Shown: positions 63,170 through 64,000 of the stretch, in pieces
Numbering within the stretch: position 1 is the first letter of the stretch
Layout: the number at the start of each line of letters is the position of its first letter
Origin: Phoronis australis
Taxonomy: Eukaryota; Animalia; Phoronida
Direction of reading: 5' to 3'
Assembly (NCBI GenBank): GCA_002633005.1
Contig: NMRA01000247.1
Span: 458,350-522,349, forward strand
Length of the DNA: 64,000 nt
The notes under the pieces: model-generated
Seen by the model: the letters and a program-made list of their open reading frames with translations, nothing else
Databases searched by the model: none
Told to the model about the DNA's origin: nothing
Program-made: the position numbers and the translations under genes

Positions 63170-64000
63170 AAAACCGGCAAGCGTGCTAACCATTCAGCTA
63201 ATAGACAATTGCTCGTTAGCGAGTGGCTAACAGAGGCTCATATATGATTCACCGGAAGCACTTTCACAACAGAAACATAGTATATAATATCAATCAAAGT
63301 AGACAAATAATGATTGCCTTTACAGACTTTGGTATGCAACAGTGGCACGATATAGGGTATAGTGAAAACGCGCATTTTAAAATGTGTCGGTTTTTGACGG
63401 TGAAATCGACACATTTCGTTTCGCGACCAAAACCCGCGGAAACTTCCTAATCATGCCCGGACTAACAAAAGTCCGCAAACCTCAAATCTCAGTCCCGTCT
63501 CCGCTCCGCCAATGAACTTACCCGTGCGCCCCCTGTCTTCAACTGGCCAGTACGGACGTGCGCCCCCTGTGTTCAATTGGCCAGTATGGACGTGCGCCCC
63601 CTGTCTTCCACTGGCCAGGCTCCGACCCGACGGCTACCGTGATTCCGCACTCCGGCGTCGATACTCATATACACATTTCTTTGAACTCGCAAAATTGTTC
63701 AACCCAACGTTTCTTAAAGCGACACAAATGGCCAATAATCGACACATTTTCTTTGAACTTTCGTACATTTAAGCAGGGGACAGACCAGCAGCCGCGCTCC
63801 GGCCTCGGCATTCCAGACCCCGCAAGCTGTCGGCCTCGACACCGTGGACCGCCGTCTGGGGAGTTTTCACAGAGTACCCGGGACACGACTAGGGACTGTA
63901 TCCCGGCCTGCCGATAGACCCCGCTGTATGCTCACCTGTGTTATATTTTCAAAGCAACGTTTCTGAAACCGACACAAATGGCCAATAATCGACACATTTT
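63170..64000. mobile_element. GC/CpG-rich repeat element in UTP15 intron 1, running off the window
   Basis: 3 x 34-bp tandem at 63523-63618; ~45-bp direct repeat at 63706 and 63956; hairpin at 63380-63417. Boundaries approximate. Confidence 0.55.

Noticed and set aside
63523-63618. 34-bp repeats of CRISPR-like length
   Set aside because: No unique spacers; tandem array inside a repeat element.

Overview
AT-rich eukaryotic (animal) genomic DNA, most consistent with an invertebrate deuterostome such as a hemichordate or echinoderm; the taxon is an inference from protein style, intron sizes and repeat types. Almost the whole window is one minus-strand gene, an ARID3/dead ringer (Bright-family) transcription factor. 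Six coding exons could be joined in frame by hand: 61846-61637, 61417-60947, 23122-23050, 4451-4268, 3589-3309 and 2877-2626, giving 490 codons. The last REKLES-domain exon was not found and probably lies left of the window. Its 73-bp ARID exon is missing from the ORF track and sits between introns of 37.8 kb and 18.6 kb. Head-to-head with it, 740 bp away, is the first coding exon of UTP15 (62586-62678, +), also absent from the ORF track. The introns hold decayed mobile DNA: a Penelope-like GIY-YIG fragment with an inverted pseudo-LTR and a possible decayed hammerhead ribozyme, LINE remnants, a tRNA-derived SINE, several MITE families, a ~600-bp foldback and a nested near-perfect palindrome. 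Nearly all other listed ORFs look like chance intronic ORFs. I found no clear-cut new biological system; the best leads are under findings, with modest scores.
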